NCBI GenBank assembly: GCA_047602475.1
Contig: JASGHE010000002.1
Span: forward strand, 1,830,240-1,894,239
Direction of reading: 5' to 3'
Length of the DNA stretch: 64,000 nucleotides
DNA from: Gemmatales bacterium
Lineage (GTDB): Bacteria > Planctomycetota > Planctomycetia > Gemmatales > HRBIN36
Shown: positions 1 through 8,599 of the stretch, one piece after another
Position numbering within the stretch: the first letter of the stretch is position 1
Layout: every line of letters begins with the position of its first letter
Position numbers and translations under genes: made by a program
The notes under the pieces: model-generated
The model's database searches: none
Seen by the model: only the letters and a program-made list of their open reading frames with translations
Told to the model about the DNA's origin: nothing

Positions 1-1086
1 AGGGAGACGATCTCGGTAGCAAGTTCACTGATCGGTCGATGATCGGCGTTGCGAAGAACCGGAACGAGTAGTCCAGCCGGCGAATCGACAGCGATGCCGA
101 CGTGATAGTACTTCTTGTAGACGATTTCCTGTTTGTCATCGTCGTAGCTGGCGTTGAAATCGGGGTAACGCTGGAGTGCGGCTGCACAAGCCTTGGCTAC
201 GACCGCCAGGCTGGTGAGCTTGATACCCCGTTCCTTGGTGATGTCTTTGGCATCGACGCGGAACTGTTCCAGAGCAGTGATGTCGGCTTCGTCGGTATAG
301 GTGACCGCAGCGGTGACCTGTGACGAGATCGTCATCGCCTGCACAATGCGGCGACGAATGGGCGAGGCAGGCTTGCGTTCCGATTCGCCGAACCGGCTGA
401 AGTCGGGAAGCATCGGCCGGGGGAAGGTCATGCCGCCACCGTCGCCGTTGTGAACGGTGATCGGTGCCATCAGATCGTCCATCGCCCGTCCGCCACCACT
501 GACGAACGAGAGGACATCTTCCTGAGTGACTCGTCCGCCAGGGCCGGTGCCACGGATGTTTTTGATCTCGACACCCTTCTCACGGGCCAGCTTGCGGGTA
601 GCCGGTGCAGCGAGAACGGTGGAGGGGTTGAGCACGGCAGCACCGGCGGGCAAGGTGCGCTGAGCAACGACAGGTGCAGCTGGCGCCGGGGCTGGTGCCG
701 CAGCGGGTGCTGCCAGCACCTTGGCGATGGGGGCCGCGGGAGCTGGTGCAGCTTTCGCAGGCACCGCCGGTGCAGCTTTGGCCGCTGGCGCTGCCTTGGC
801 TGGTGCAGCTTTTGCCGGTGTCTTCGCTGCTGGGGCCGCTGCCCCTTCGGCTTCGACAGTCATGATCACTTTACCCACCGGGATGACATCGCCCGGCTTG
901 TAGTGCAGCTTGGTCACCTTGCCGGCAAAGGGGCTGGGCAGCTCGGTCGTCGCCTTGTCGGTCTCGACCTCAGCGATAGCCTGCTCGGCGGCGATGGTAT
1001 CGCCTTCCTTGACCTTCCAGCCCACCAGAGTGCCTTCTTTAAGACCTTCGCCCAGGTCGGGAAGCTTGAAATCTTTCGCTGCCATG
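1..1086 (-). CDS. dihydrolipoamide acyltransferase (E2 of a 2-oxoacid dehydrogenase complex); partial, C-terminus runs past the window start
   Basis: Minus-strand translation reads MAAKDFKLPDLGEGLKEG...VETDKA (lipoyl domain), an Ala/Pro-rich linker, a peripheral-subunit-binding domain (RKLAREKGVEIKNIRGTGPGGRVTQEDV), then a catalytic domain continuing to position 1. The ATG is at 1084-1086. Confidence 0.85.
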
Positions 1087-1328
1087 AGGGTATTCTCGTG
1101 CTCGATTGCCGATGTGGTTATCCATCTATTGTGATAGGGATGAGACGGGGTGCTTCAAGCGGGGGTGGTGGGGTAATTCTGTTGTCGAACCAGGATGGCG
1201 GTGGATCGACCAGATCACATTGGGGTGACAGACCTTTCAGGCCAAGAAACCTAGGGTAACAACGCGCTGCTGGGCAATCTTGCTTACCTCATTCCGTCAT
1301 CAACCGTTCACTCTTAGGATTCCTGCCC

Positions 1329-1766
1329 CTACTTCTTCACCGTCTTCTCGCCGTAACTAAAGCCCGGGCCGGAGGGGCTGTCGAGGATGTGATCGAACGG
1401 GGCTTCGAGGATGGGTATGGGAAACTCGCTCGATACCAGAGGCTGGCCGGCTTTCACGCTGATGGGCTGAATGACCACCTTGAACCGGAAGGCACCGATG
1501 GTCAGTTCATCGTTGGCCTTCAATCTACCCTCAGAGATGACGGTGCTGTTGATGCGGGTGCCATTGGTGCTGTCGAGATCGCGCACGCACAGGCCCGATT
1601 CGCCCTCGATATCCACCTCGGCGATGCAACAGTGCTTGCGCGACACCTTGGATGAACGAATCTGTACGTCGCATTCGGGATGCCTGCCAATAAGAATGAT
1701 GGGCCGATCGACGATGATCGTCGGCAGCGAATCGGCATCATCCAAAGGCACCAGACGGATCAGCAT
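1329..1766 (-). CDS. FHA (forkhead-associated) domain protein
   Basis: The motif ILIGRHPECDVQIRSSKVSRKHCCI...DLDSTNGTRIN is a typical FHA core. Confidence 0.75.
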   Translation of the reverse strand: MLIRLVPLDDADSLPTIIVDRPIILIGRHPECDVQIRSSKVSRKHCCIAEVDIEGESGLCVRDLDSTNGTRINSTVISEGRLKANDELTIGAFRFKVVIQPISVKAGQPLVSSEFPIPILEAPFDHILDSPSGPGFSYGEKTVKK

Positions 1767-1794
1767 GGGCGGCTCACTGGATGCATCGAGTTAC

Positions 1795-2070
1795 TCAGCA
1801 TCCCAGGGTTGACGAACGCGGCGGGAACTGAGCTGGGAAGCCGACCAGGCATCTTTCCCAAATTGGAAGAGACCCACGCCGACGACGGCCAGTCCTATTC
1901 CGCCAAAGAGGAGCATGTTCTGCCTGCGCCGGGCTTCCAGTTGTTCTTTGGAAGCAACTGCTTCCATGCCCGACTTGCATCAGGCCGCCCAGGTCCTTGG
2001 CATGGACCAATCGGGCAACAATATCAGCGCACAGCGCAATCCAGAAAGCTCGTCGAATCACTACCAGCAT
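1795..2070 (-). CDS. hypothetical small protein
   Basis: A 91-aa ORF downstream of the FHA gene with a hydrophobic N-terminus. No recognisable domain. Confidence 0.3.
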   Translation of the reverse strand: MLVVIRRAFWIALCADIVARLVHAKDLGGLMQVGHGSSCFQRTTGSPAQAEHAPLWRNRTGRRRRGSLPIWERCLVGFPAQFPPRSSTLGC

Positions 2071-2289
2071 AGGCTACCTCGTCTTCCCGTCTAGTCTAGC
2101 TCATGAATTGCGTCGGTGCGGCTGGGAAAGAGAGGGTTGGTTGTAGGGGATCGAAGGGAATTGGAGCGATTCACCAGAGAGAGACGCAGGGATGAGGGAG
2201 AAGTATGCTCCCAGAACCATCACCAATACACAGTGGAATCGTCGATATAGGCCAAATCAAATACATAAAGGATGATGTTGCGAGCTTGT

Positions 2290-2471
2290 CCTGAAAGGAC
2301 GACCTGCCATAGCCCAGGACTTTAGTCCTGGGTGAGGAGTGATTTTCTCTTCTCTGGTCCTGAAGGGACTACCTATGCATCTACTTTAGGTAGTCCCTTC
2401 AGGGCCAGGGGGCGTTTGTTTTCGGCTACCCAGGACTGAAGTCCTGGGCTACTACAGGTGATCCCTTCAGG
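2290..2471. repeat. Family-A structured palindromic repeat (about 180 bp), copy 1
   Basis: Outer inverted repeat cctgaaaggacgacctg...caggtgatcccttcagg with nested hairpins cccaggacttNagtcctggg and ggactacctaNNtaggtagtccc. Homologous copies lie at 7320-7500 and 42538-42722. Confidence 0.7.
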
Positions 2472-2511
2472 ATCAATCTTGCGACGATCCGCCGACAATA
2501 CGAGTACACCC

Positions 2512-2910
2512 ATGAACACCGAACTCATCCTCGAAGCGGCCCACGCCACGCTGGCAGGCACCGCCCCGTTTCCCGAGATCGTTGCCAAGTTGATCTCAGC
2601 CGGTGTCGAATACTATCACGTTGACTATGTAGCGCTGCGGAAGAGCTTCTACGGTCGCCACGGCGATGTGGTGATCACGCCAATCACGTTTGAAGGGATG
2701 CCGCCGGTTGCTGCTGAGTTCGATTCAGTCGCCCTACGAGCAGCGATTCTCGACAGCCAGCAGCACGGCCAGAAGTTCCGCGACTTCACCCGCCGAGCGA
2801 TGGCTGCGGGCGTGCAGGGGTACTATGCGTTTCTGCGCGGCAAGCGGGTGACCTATCTGGGGCGTGCCGGGGATCAGCACACAGAGTGGTTTCCGGGGGC
2901 GGGGAAGTGA
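2512..2910 (+). CDS. DUF1398-family protein
   Basis: MNTELILEAAHATLAGT...GVQGYYAFLRGKRVTYLGRAGDQHTEWFPGAGK matches the DUF1398 / YbcV-like signature. ATG at 2512. Confidence 0.65.
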   Translation: MNTELILEAAHATLAGTAPFPEIVAKLISAGVEYYHVDYVALRKSFYGRHGDVVITPITFEGMPPVAAEFDSVALRAAILDSQQHGQKFRDFTRRAMAAGVQGYYAFLRGKRVTYLGRAGDQHTEWFPGAGK

Positions 2911-2929
2911 TGTGTCAATGATTGACACA
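2911..2929 (+). terminator. Stem-loop directly after the DUF1398 stop codon (tgtgtcaa-tga-ttgacaca)
   Basis: Perfect 8-bp stem beginning 1 nt after the TGA stop. There is no clear U-tract. Confidence 0.35.
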
Positions 2930-2943
2930 GCGTGCCGAATTGT

Positions 2944-2976
2944 GGCAGGGGTCAACGGTACTCCGTTGCCCCCTGC
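2944..2976. repeat. Family-F small hairpin repeat (ggcaggggtYAWCGGTACTCCGWTGCCCCCTGC), copy 1
   Basis: Near-identical element at 40085-40118. It is followed by a perfect palindrome ggggcagatg-cgtac-catctgcccc at 3009-3032. Confidence 0.45.
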
Positions 2977-3066
2977 GGACTTGCAATAAGTCAAAGCCAA
3001 CGCAGCAAGGGGCAGATGCGTACATCTGCCCCTTGCCACCATTGCTGGCAACTTGATCGCTTCACA

Positions 3067-4140
3067 TTATGGTATCGCCTGCTCAAGCAGTGCTGCCAGG
3101 CGCCAGCCGGCTTTGTGGATATTGTCCCGTGTTGCCTTGGCGGCGAACTGGGTGTAGGTATCGGCACCGGAAGCGACGGGCTTTTCTATCGCCTGACCCG
3201 CTGCGGTGTGTTTTGTCGTGTTGATCGACATGCTGCTGAAATTAAACTTCTGGTGAGCCTGCCTGGCCTGCGGCATCATTTCGTTAGCCCAGGCCAACGA
3301 CCAGCCTTCCGCCGGCGTGGTGACGGCGACCCAGCCGGTAGGCGTTTGGGTCGCCAGGTATTTGGCAACCTGGCCATCGGAAGCACCCCCGGGAATGGCG
3401 GCAGCGATGATCTCTGCTTGCAGCAAATCGAAAGCTCCAGTGACGGCTTTGCTATCCCAGTAGCTGTGAAGACTGCCCATAATCTGCAGGTCGCCGCTGC
3501 TGTTCAGCAGGTGAGTGGTTAACCCGTTGCCCCCCTTGTCGCTGTTCGCTGTAGTGCCTGTCACATCGGGATTGACCGGATGGCCTGCATTGTCGAAATA
3601 TTCGGTGCCAACATGGAGAGGCTGATGCATGTCGCCCACATAGTGGGACAGCAGAATGAGTGCCACCGGCTTCGTGATTTTGCGTGCGTTGTTATCCGAC
3701 TCAATCCCTTTCAACACCTTCACGCAAAACTCCATCGTCTTGACAACATCGACATCGGAACGCCCGGTCGTGCCAGACATGTATTCGGATGTGCCTTCTA
3801 CCGGGATATCGACATAGTGATAAGCATGATGATTGAAGTGGCTGGCAGTGCTGGGATTCGCGATCAGGAACTCACGCATCTGTTGAGTCAACGCAGGCTG
3901 ACCCGATATGACGAAAGTGTTGGGGTGTGTATCACACGATTTGATGTCGTCTGCTACCAGCGCCGCTTTCTCAAGCGACATGCCGTTCAGCATGGTTGAG
4001 ACCTTGGCCCCGGTGGCCGTACCCGCCAGCTTTTGGTCGGCAATAGCCCCGACGGCGGCGTGACCCCGCGGCCCGAATGCCAACACCTGGGTAGCAAAGA
4101 ACAAGGTGCAGACGAAGCAGGCAAGCATTCTTCGAAACAT
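3067..4140 (-). CDS. S1/P1-family zinc-dependent nuclease, secreted
   Basis: N-terminal signal peptide, followed by the family motifs FGPRGHAAVG, HHAYHYVD, GDMHQPLH and SYWDS. Confidence 0.8.
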   Translation of the reverse strand: MFRRMLACFVCTLFFATQVLAFGPRGHAAVGAIADQKLAGTATGAKVSTMLNGMSLEKAALVADDIKSCDTHPNTFVISGQPALTQQMREFLIANPSTASHFNHHAYHYVDIPVEGTSEYMSGTTGRSDVDVVKTMEFCVKVLKGIESDNNARKITKPVALILLSHYVGDMHQPLHVGTEYFDNAGHPVNPDVTGTTANSDKGGNGLTTHLLNSSGDLQIMGSLHSYWDSKAVTGAFDLLQAEIIAAAIPGGASDGQVAKYLATQTPTGWVAVTTPAEGWSLAWANEMMPQARQAHQKFNFSSMSINTTKHTAAGQAIEKPVASGADTYTQFAAKATRDNIHKAGWRLAALLEQAIP

Positions 4141-4359
4141 GGCTGTCTCTCCTGGAACGAAGCTGGAACGAAAAAGAAACGCACCTACCCGACACTAATG
4201 AAGCGTAATCCGCTGTGTGTTCGTCCACACCTGCGCAGGAATTCATGATGAATAAATGGTGTAGAATGGGTTGGTGGCGAAGTTCCGTTGGATGTGTCAT
4301 CTCGCATATCCAGGCTTGTCATGGCTGTGGGTGTGCAGGGGTGCTTTTCTGCGGGGCGG

Positions 4360-4417
4360 ACGTGTCGCCTACTGGTGCGGGGGATTAGCACACGGAGTGG
4401 TTTCTGGGGGCAGGGAA
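4360..4417 (+). pseudogene. Remnant copy of the 3' end of the DUF1398 gene
   Basis: tgcgggggattagcacacggagtggtttctgggggcagggaaa matches tgccggggatcagcacacagagtggtttccgggggcggggaag (gene 3' end, 2865-2907) at about 37 of 43 positions. No intact ORF. Confidence 0.4.
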
Positions 4418-4528
4418 ATACAAAGAACTGGGTCGAATCGATAGAGTCTCTCGTAACAGTTACCTCGCATATCCAAGCGAGCTACACCCTTGAAGCACTA
4501 ATGTCGTTTTTTACATCAAGGAGACGAT

Positions 4529-4894
4529 GTGAGTAAAGCAATCGAAACTGTCAATAGTAAAGTAGCCGCGATTTTCACCGAGCTCGTTGGTGATCGTGTC
4601 GAGCGGCTCAACGGTTCTAGGATTGCTGAACCTGCCATGAGTACTATCGAATCTGCACTCGAGGAGCAGTACGGTAAAAAGGCTCACGACATTGCCTTCC
4701 ACATGGCTGACTGGAACTCCGATGCCGCATTCGTAGTCGCAGTTCATTTGTTCCCCGAACGGTTCACGCCGGAGGAGATTGAGGCGGGCATCGGCATGTT
4801 CCTTGTGCATGCGCCTAACCACATTCGTGCCGCATGCGGACTTACCGGGACCTATGTGTGGGATAACTTTCCCGACGATGATGAAGTCGGGTAG
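4529..4894 (+). CDS. hypothetical protein
   Basis: 121-aa ORF with a GTG start preceded by aaggagacg (ribosome-binding site). No recognisable domain. It sits at the edge of a lower-GC patch (4150-4530). Confidence 0.5.
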   Translation: MSKAIETVNSKVAAIFTELVGDRVERLNGSRIAEPAMSTIESALEEQYGKKAHDIAFHMADWNSDAAFVVAVHLFPERFTPEEIEAGIGMFLVHAPNHIRAACGLTGTYVWDNFPDDDEVG

Positions 4895-4920
4895 CTGTAT
4901 GCTCTATACCAACTCTCTTC

Positions 4921-5010
4921 TCTCTCGCCCCTTCGGGGCTTGGCCATATCAATGGGCATACCCACCCAGAGCGATGCTCTGGGCTACGTTCTTTCGGCCC
5001 GTTGGGCCTG
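4921..5010. repeat. Family-D hairpin-rich repeat (about 90 bp), copy 1
   Basis: ccccttcggggcttggccatatcaatggg...cccagagc..gctctgggc...ggcccgttgggcc. A direct-orientation copy lies at 6526-6616 (about 85% identity). Confidence 0.7.
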
Positions 5011-5143
5011 GTTGATAGACAGGCATCCACACCACCATTTACAAAACTCTCCCCTCCTCCCAAGTTCATGCAGTGCCTAGCGAATAGATAACTAAGCTAC
5101 CAAGCTGATAGGAAACCACTCGTCCGGTATTGAGCAATAATCC

Positions 5144-6499
5144 ATGATTCATCCATCACGGGGTAAAGTAGGCTTGCTGACGACCATGCCTCTGCGTGGT
5201 TTCGCTGGAATGGCATTACTGTTTCTGCTGACCTTGAGCGGTCAGGCACTTGCTGAGGATGACCTTCCGGTGCTGCGGGCAAGCACCAAAACCGTCGATA
5301 TCCAGGATGGCAAACGACTGCTTCGCGGCATCTGGACGGTATCGCCCGAGGTCGAGCTGGATGTTTACCATGCTCGTCCGATCAAGGGTGACCATGCGGT
5401 GACGTTCCGGACAGATATCGACAGCATCACCTTCAATGTTCAGCCAGGCAAACAGTACGACTTTGTCGTTCTTCTCGATGGCAAGCGGTGCCGCACCCGC
5501 ATCTCCGCGATGCGCGAGACCAGCCGCAACGAGAGCGACTCCAAGACCCCGGCGGAAACAACGATCCCCTTCACCATCGGCAGTGATAATAAGATCCATC
5601 TGATCGGGCGGATTAACGATTCAGAACCGCTCGATCTGCTGTTCGATATGGGCGCTGACACCGTCGTTCTGTACCCTTCCGCACGGGCGAAGAACGCCAA
5701 CGTCCAGGTTGATGGCAAGACCGAAAACGCCGGGACAGGTGGTGTCACCACACGCGGCACGAGCAGCAATAATCGCATCACGCTGGGCGGGCTACGTTGG
5801 GATCGTCAATCACTGCTCCTCATCGAAAAACAGGCTGACCGTGCCGACGGTATCGTCGGCCACAACTTGTTCGATGGCAAGGTAGTCGAACTCGATTACG
5901 AAGCCATGCTGCTGCGAATCAGCAATGCTGTGCCTCAACGGGCCTTGCAGTGGACAGCCCTGCCCATTCAATTCATGGGCACGCTACCGGCAGTACAGGC
6001 GCAGATGGAAACTGGGCCGACCGCATTCGACGAATGGCTGGTTCTGGATACGGGGTCGAGCCTGAGCCTTTATCTCAATCAGGGTTCAGCTGAGAAACAC
6101 CATCTGCATGGTTCGATGAAACAGTTGGGCACCAGCCGTATGACAGGCGTCGGAGAAGGCACGATCCGAAACGCTGTGATGGCGATGACGAAACTGAGCC
6201 TCGGCAAGCTCGAACTCCGAGACATGCCTGTGCATGTGCAAGTTGTCGATGGATCAGTCCAGGGTCTGGGCGGCCATCTTGGAATGGATGTGCTCAAGCG
6301 ATTCAATACCGTTCTAGATTTTCAAAATGACGTAGCCTACTTATCGCCCAGCACGATGCACACGGCTGCCTATCGCTCAGATTACGAGGCTGGCAACACC
6401 TGGCTTGTGGTGGCGATCACCGTCATCCTGTTGCTGGCTACTGTCGTCCTTTGGATACGGGTGAGAGTATTGAAGAAGAATAAGTTGTCTGGGAAATGA
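5144..6499 (+). CDS. retropepsin-like (clan AA) aspartic protease with two DTG-type lobes, signal peptide and C-terminal TM anchor
   Basis: LLFDMGADTVVL and LVLDTGSSLSLYL are aspartyl-protease active-site motifs. Signal peptide MPLRGFAGMALLFLLTLSGQALA (likely true start 5186). C-terminal TM WLVVAITVILLLATVVLWI. Confidence 0.7.
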   Translation: MIHPSRGKVGLLTTMPLRGFAGMALLFLLTLSGQALAEDDLPVLRASTKTVDIQDGKRLLRGIWTVSPEVELDVYHARPIKGDHAVTFRTDIDSITFNVQPGKQYDFVVLLDGKRCRTRISAMRETSRNESDSKTPAETTIPFTIGSDNKIHLIGRINDSEPLDLLFDMGADTVVLYPSARAKNANVQVDGKTENAGTGGVTTRGTSSNNRITLGGLRWDRQSLLLIEKQADRADGIVGHNLFDGKVVELDYEAMLLRISNAVPQRALQWTALPIQFMGTLPAVQAQMETGPTAFDEWLVLDTGSSLSLYLNQGSAEKHHLHGSMKQLGTSRMTGVGEGTIRNAVMAMTKLSLGKLELRDMPVHVQVVDGSVQGLGGHLGMDVLKRFNTVLDFQNDVAYLSPSTMHTAAYRSDYEAGNTWLVVAITVILLLATVVLWIRVRVLKKNKLSGK

Positions 6500-6525
6500 T
6501 CCATTCGTGTACCAGTTGCGTGGGC

Positions 6526-6616
6526 ATCTCGTCCCTTCGGGGCTTGGCCATATCAATGGGGATATCCACCCAGAGTTTTGTTCTGGGCTAGGTTCTCTCG
6601 GCCCGTTGGGCCTGGT
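6526..6616. repeat. Family-D repeat, copy 2 (direct repeat of 4921-5010)
   Basis: Sequence identity to copy 1. Together the two copies bracket the protease gene. Confidence 0.7.
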
Positions 6617-6637
6617 CCATACCGAGTTCATCGAGCC

Positions 6638-7306
6638 ATGACCAACTTCGTTCGCCCCACGATGCTCACTGACAAGCTTTACGAATACTCCCTCGCTGTC
6701 GGGTTGCGGGAGCCGGAGGTGTTTCGGGAGCTCCGTGAAGAAACTGGCAAGCTGGCTGATGGGGAGATGCAGATTGCTCCAGAGCAGGGGCCGCTCTTGG
6801 CGATGCTGGTGCAGTTGCTGGGGGCGAAGAACGGTCTCGAGATCGGCACCTTCACCGGGTACTCGGCACTGTGGGTCGCTTCGGTGCTGCCGGCTGATGG
6901 CAGGCTGATCTGCTGCGATGTCAGCGAAGAGTTCACGTCGCTGGCCCGCAAGTATTGGGCGAAGGCGGGGTTGGCTTCCAAGATCGATCTGCGTCTGGCC
7001 CCGGCCCTGGAGACGCTGGCACAACTGCGGAACGAGGGCAAAAGTAACTTCTTTGATTATGCTTTCATCGATGCGGATAAGGTGAATTACGATGCCTACT
7101 ACGAGGCGTGTCTGCAACTCGTTCGTCCGGGTGGTTTGATTGCTATCGACAACACCCTCTGGGATGGTAAGGTGGCTGATATGTCGGTGAATGATCCCGA
7201 TACGGTCGCCATTCGTAACCTCAATGCGAAGATTCATGGTGACAGTCGGGTGTCACTCTGCTTCCTGCCGATGGCGGATGGGTTGACGTTAGCGCTGAAA
7301 CGATAG
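6638..7306 (+). CDS. class I SAM-dependent O-methyltransferase (caffeoyl-CoA OMT-like)
   Basis: MTNFVRPTMLTDKLYEYS...LEIGTFTGYSALWVA...YDFAFIDADKVNY...GGLIAIDNTLWDGKV matches the pfam01596-type pattern. Confidence 0.85.
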   Translation: MTNFVRPTMLTDKLYEYSLAVGLREPEVFRELREETGKLADGEMQIAPEQGPLLAMLVQLLGAKNGLEIGTFTGYSALWVASVLPADGRLICCDVSEEFTSLARKYWAKAGLASKIDLRLAPALETLAQLRNEGKSNFFDYAFIDADKVNYDAYYEACLQLVRPGGLIAIDNTLWDGKVADMSVNDPDTVAIRNLNAKIHGDSRVSLCFLPMADGLTLALKR

Positions 7307-7319
7307 CTCGCATTCTTGT

Positions 7320-7500
7320 CCCAACGGGACGACCTGCAATAGCCCAGGACTTCAGTCCTGGGTGAATGTGCTTTTCTTATCTTCTGATCCCGAAGGGACT
7401 ACCTAGGTGTGTACCTTAGGTAGTCCCTTCGGGACCAGAGGCTGCTTTCTTCTCTAACCCAGGACTGAAGTCCTGGGCTAACACAGGTAATCCCGTTGGG
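7320..7500. repeat. Family-A repeat, copy 2
   Basis: Termini cccaacgggacgacctg...caggtaatcccgttggg. The internal hairpins are the same as in copy 1. Confidence 0.7.
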
Positions 7501-7515
7501 ATCAACAATGCTGAG

Positions 7516-7583
7516 CAACTGCCAACTGCCAACTGCCAACTGCCAACTGCCAACTGCCAACTGCCAACTGCCAACTGCCAACT
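7516..7583. repeat. heptanucleotide microsatellite (CAACTGC) x about 9.7
   Basis: Perfect tandem 7-bp units immediately 3' of Family-A copy 2. Intergenic. Confidence 0.9.
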
Positions 7584-7728
7584 GATTATTCTATCGAGAC
7601 ACGATCACGTCTCCGTGTCCCCTCACCCTAACCCTCTCCCTCCAGGGGAGAGGGAACCAGACAGTCGAGAGGGAACCCGACGGGCAATCCCTTTCTTTCC
7701 TATTTTCTCCAACCTGAAACTCTCCTAC

Positions 7729-7758
7729 TTGACAGGCAAGTGGCCACTTGCCTATCAT
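7729..7758 (+). promoter_or_regulatory. sigma70-like promoter (TTGACA-18-TATCAT) with a perfect 9/9 palindromic operator, upstream of arsR-family gene
   Basis: ttgaca at 7729-7734 and tatcat at 7753-7758. The 18-nt spacer ggcaagtgg/ccacttgcc is a perfect inverted repeat, typical of ArsR/SmtB autoregulatory operators. Confidence 0.45.
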
Positions 7759-7766
7759 ATTGCTTA

Positions 7767-8051
7767 ATGGCTGATGTCTTCGAGGCTCTTAGCACTCCAG
7801 CGCGGCGGGCGATTCTGGATGAGTTGCATGACAAGGATGGGCTAACGCTTTTCGAGTTATGCACTCGATTGACGACGAAGCACAGCATGGACTTGACGAG
7901 GCAGGCGGTTTCACAGCACCTCGACGTGCTTGAACAAGCCCGCCTGTTGTCCACACGAAGGCAGGGGAGATACAAGTTCCACTATCTGAACACCGAACCG
8001 CTACAGGCCATCGTTAAACGCTGGCTGACGCCGGGCAAAAGGGGGAGATGA
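7767..8051 (+). CDS. ArsR/SmtB-family transcriptional regulator
   Basis: MADVFEALSTPARRAILDELHDKDGLTLFELC...LTRQAVSQHLDVLEQARLLSTRRQGRYKFHYL is a winged HTH. Confidence 0.8.
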   Translation: MADVFEALSTPARRAILDELHDKDGLTLFELCTRLTTKHSMDLTRQAVSQHLDVLEQARLLSTRRQGRYKFHYLNTEPLQAIVKRWLTPGKRGR

Positions 8052-8440
8052 TAATGAGTATCGTCTTAAGCAGCATGGATGTCATCGGCCAGGAAAAGAC
8101 GCAACCGACAGGGACCCGCGTTCCGGCCCAGTCACCGTCGGCAGAAGTTCAACAAGATCATTGCCGCCGGTTTACGATCATTTCGCCAGACCTCTACAGC
8201 GAAGTCGAGCTGGCGATGGAACCCGACCAACACCCGGCAGCCAAGCCCTTCAAGATGGCAGTGATTCACGAGGGTATTCCCTTCGCCACGTTCGGCGCAG
8301 CCGAGGCACAGGCCGAGTACCTGCGCCTACAGGAAGCGGGAGTATCGCTCAGCCAGTTTGGTAGTTATGAAGGCCCGGTTGCCATTACTGTCGTCTACGA
8401 CACCAGCGGCAACATGCTTCAGATTGCGCAGAAGCATTAG
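8048..8440 (+). CDS. hypothetical protein, possible VOC/glyoxalase-like fold
   Basis: Overlaps the arsR stop (ATGA). The C-terminal half (MAVIHEGIPFATFGAAEAQAEYLRLQEAGVS...GNMLQIAQ) resembles the second beta-alpha-beta-beta-beta module of VOC proteins. Weak. Confidence 0.4.
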   Translation: MIMSIVLSSMDVIGQEKTQPTGTRVPAQSPSAEVQQDHCRRFTIISPDLYSEVELAMEPDQHPAAKPFKMAVIHEGIPFATFGAAEAQAEYLRLQEAGVSLSQFGSYEGPVAITVVYDTSGNMLQIAQKH

Positions 8441-8599
8441 GCCTCTCGACTTGCCTCCGGCAGCGCCGGCTATGTACTGCATACCTGCCAGTGGCCGGGA
8501 ACGAAAAGGTTATCACATCGAGCGGTTCAAAAACCGTTGGCAATCCCTTCATCACGACCTAAGATACTTTCGCCGCCCCGACTCTTAGGATTATCTTTC

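Noticed and set aside
450-1259. 269-aa plus-strand ORF
   Set aside because: Antisense to the E2 acyltransferase gene, whose lipoyl, PSBD and catalytic domains read cleanly on the minus strand.
3580-3999. 139-aa plus-strand ORF
   Set aside because: Antisense to the S1/P1 nuclease gene.
6377-7237. 286-aa minus-strand ORF
   Set aside because: Antisense to the clearly conserved O-methyltransferase gene.
7399-7581. ORF translating to MAVGSWQLAVGSWQL...
   Set aside because: It is simply the translation of the (CAACTGC)n microsatellite plus part of Family-A repeat. No independent support.
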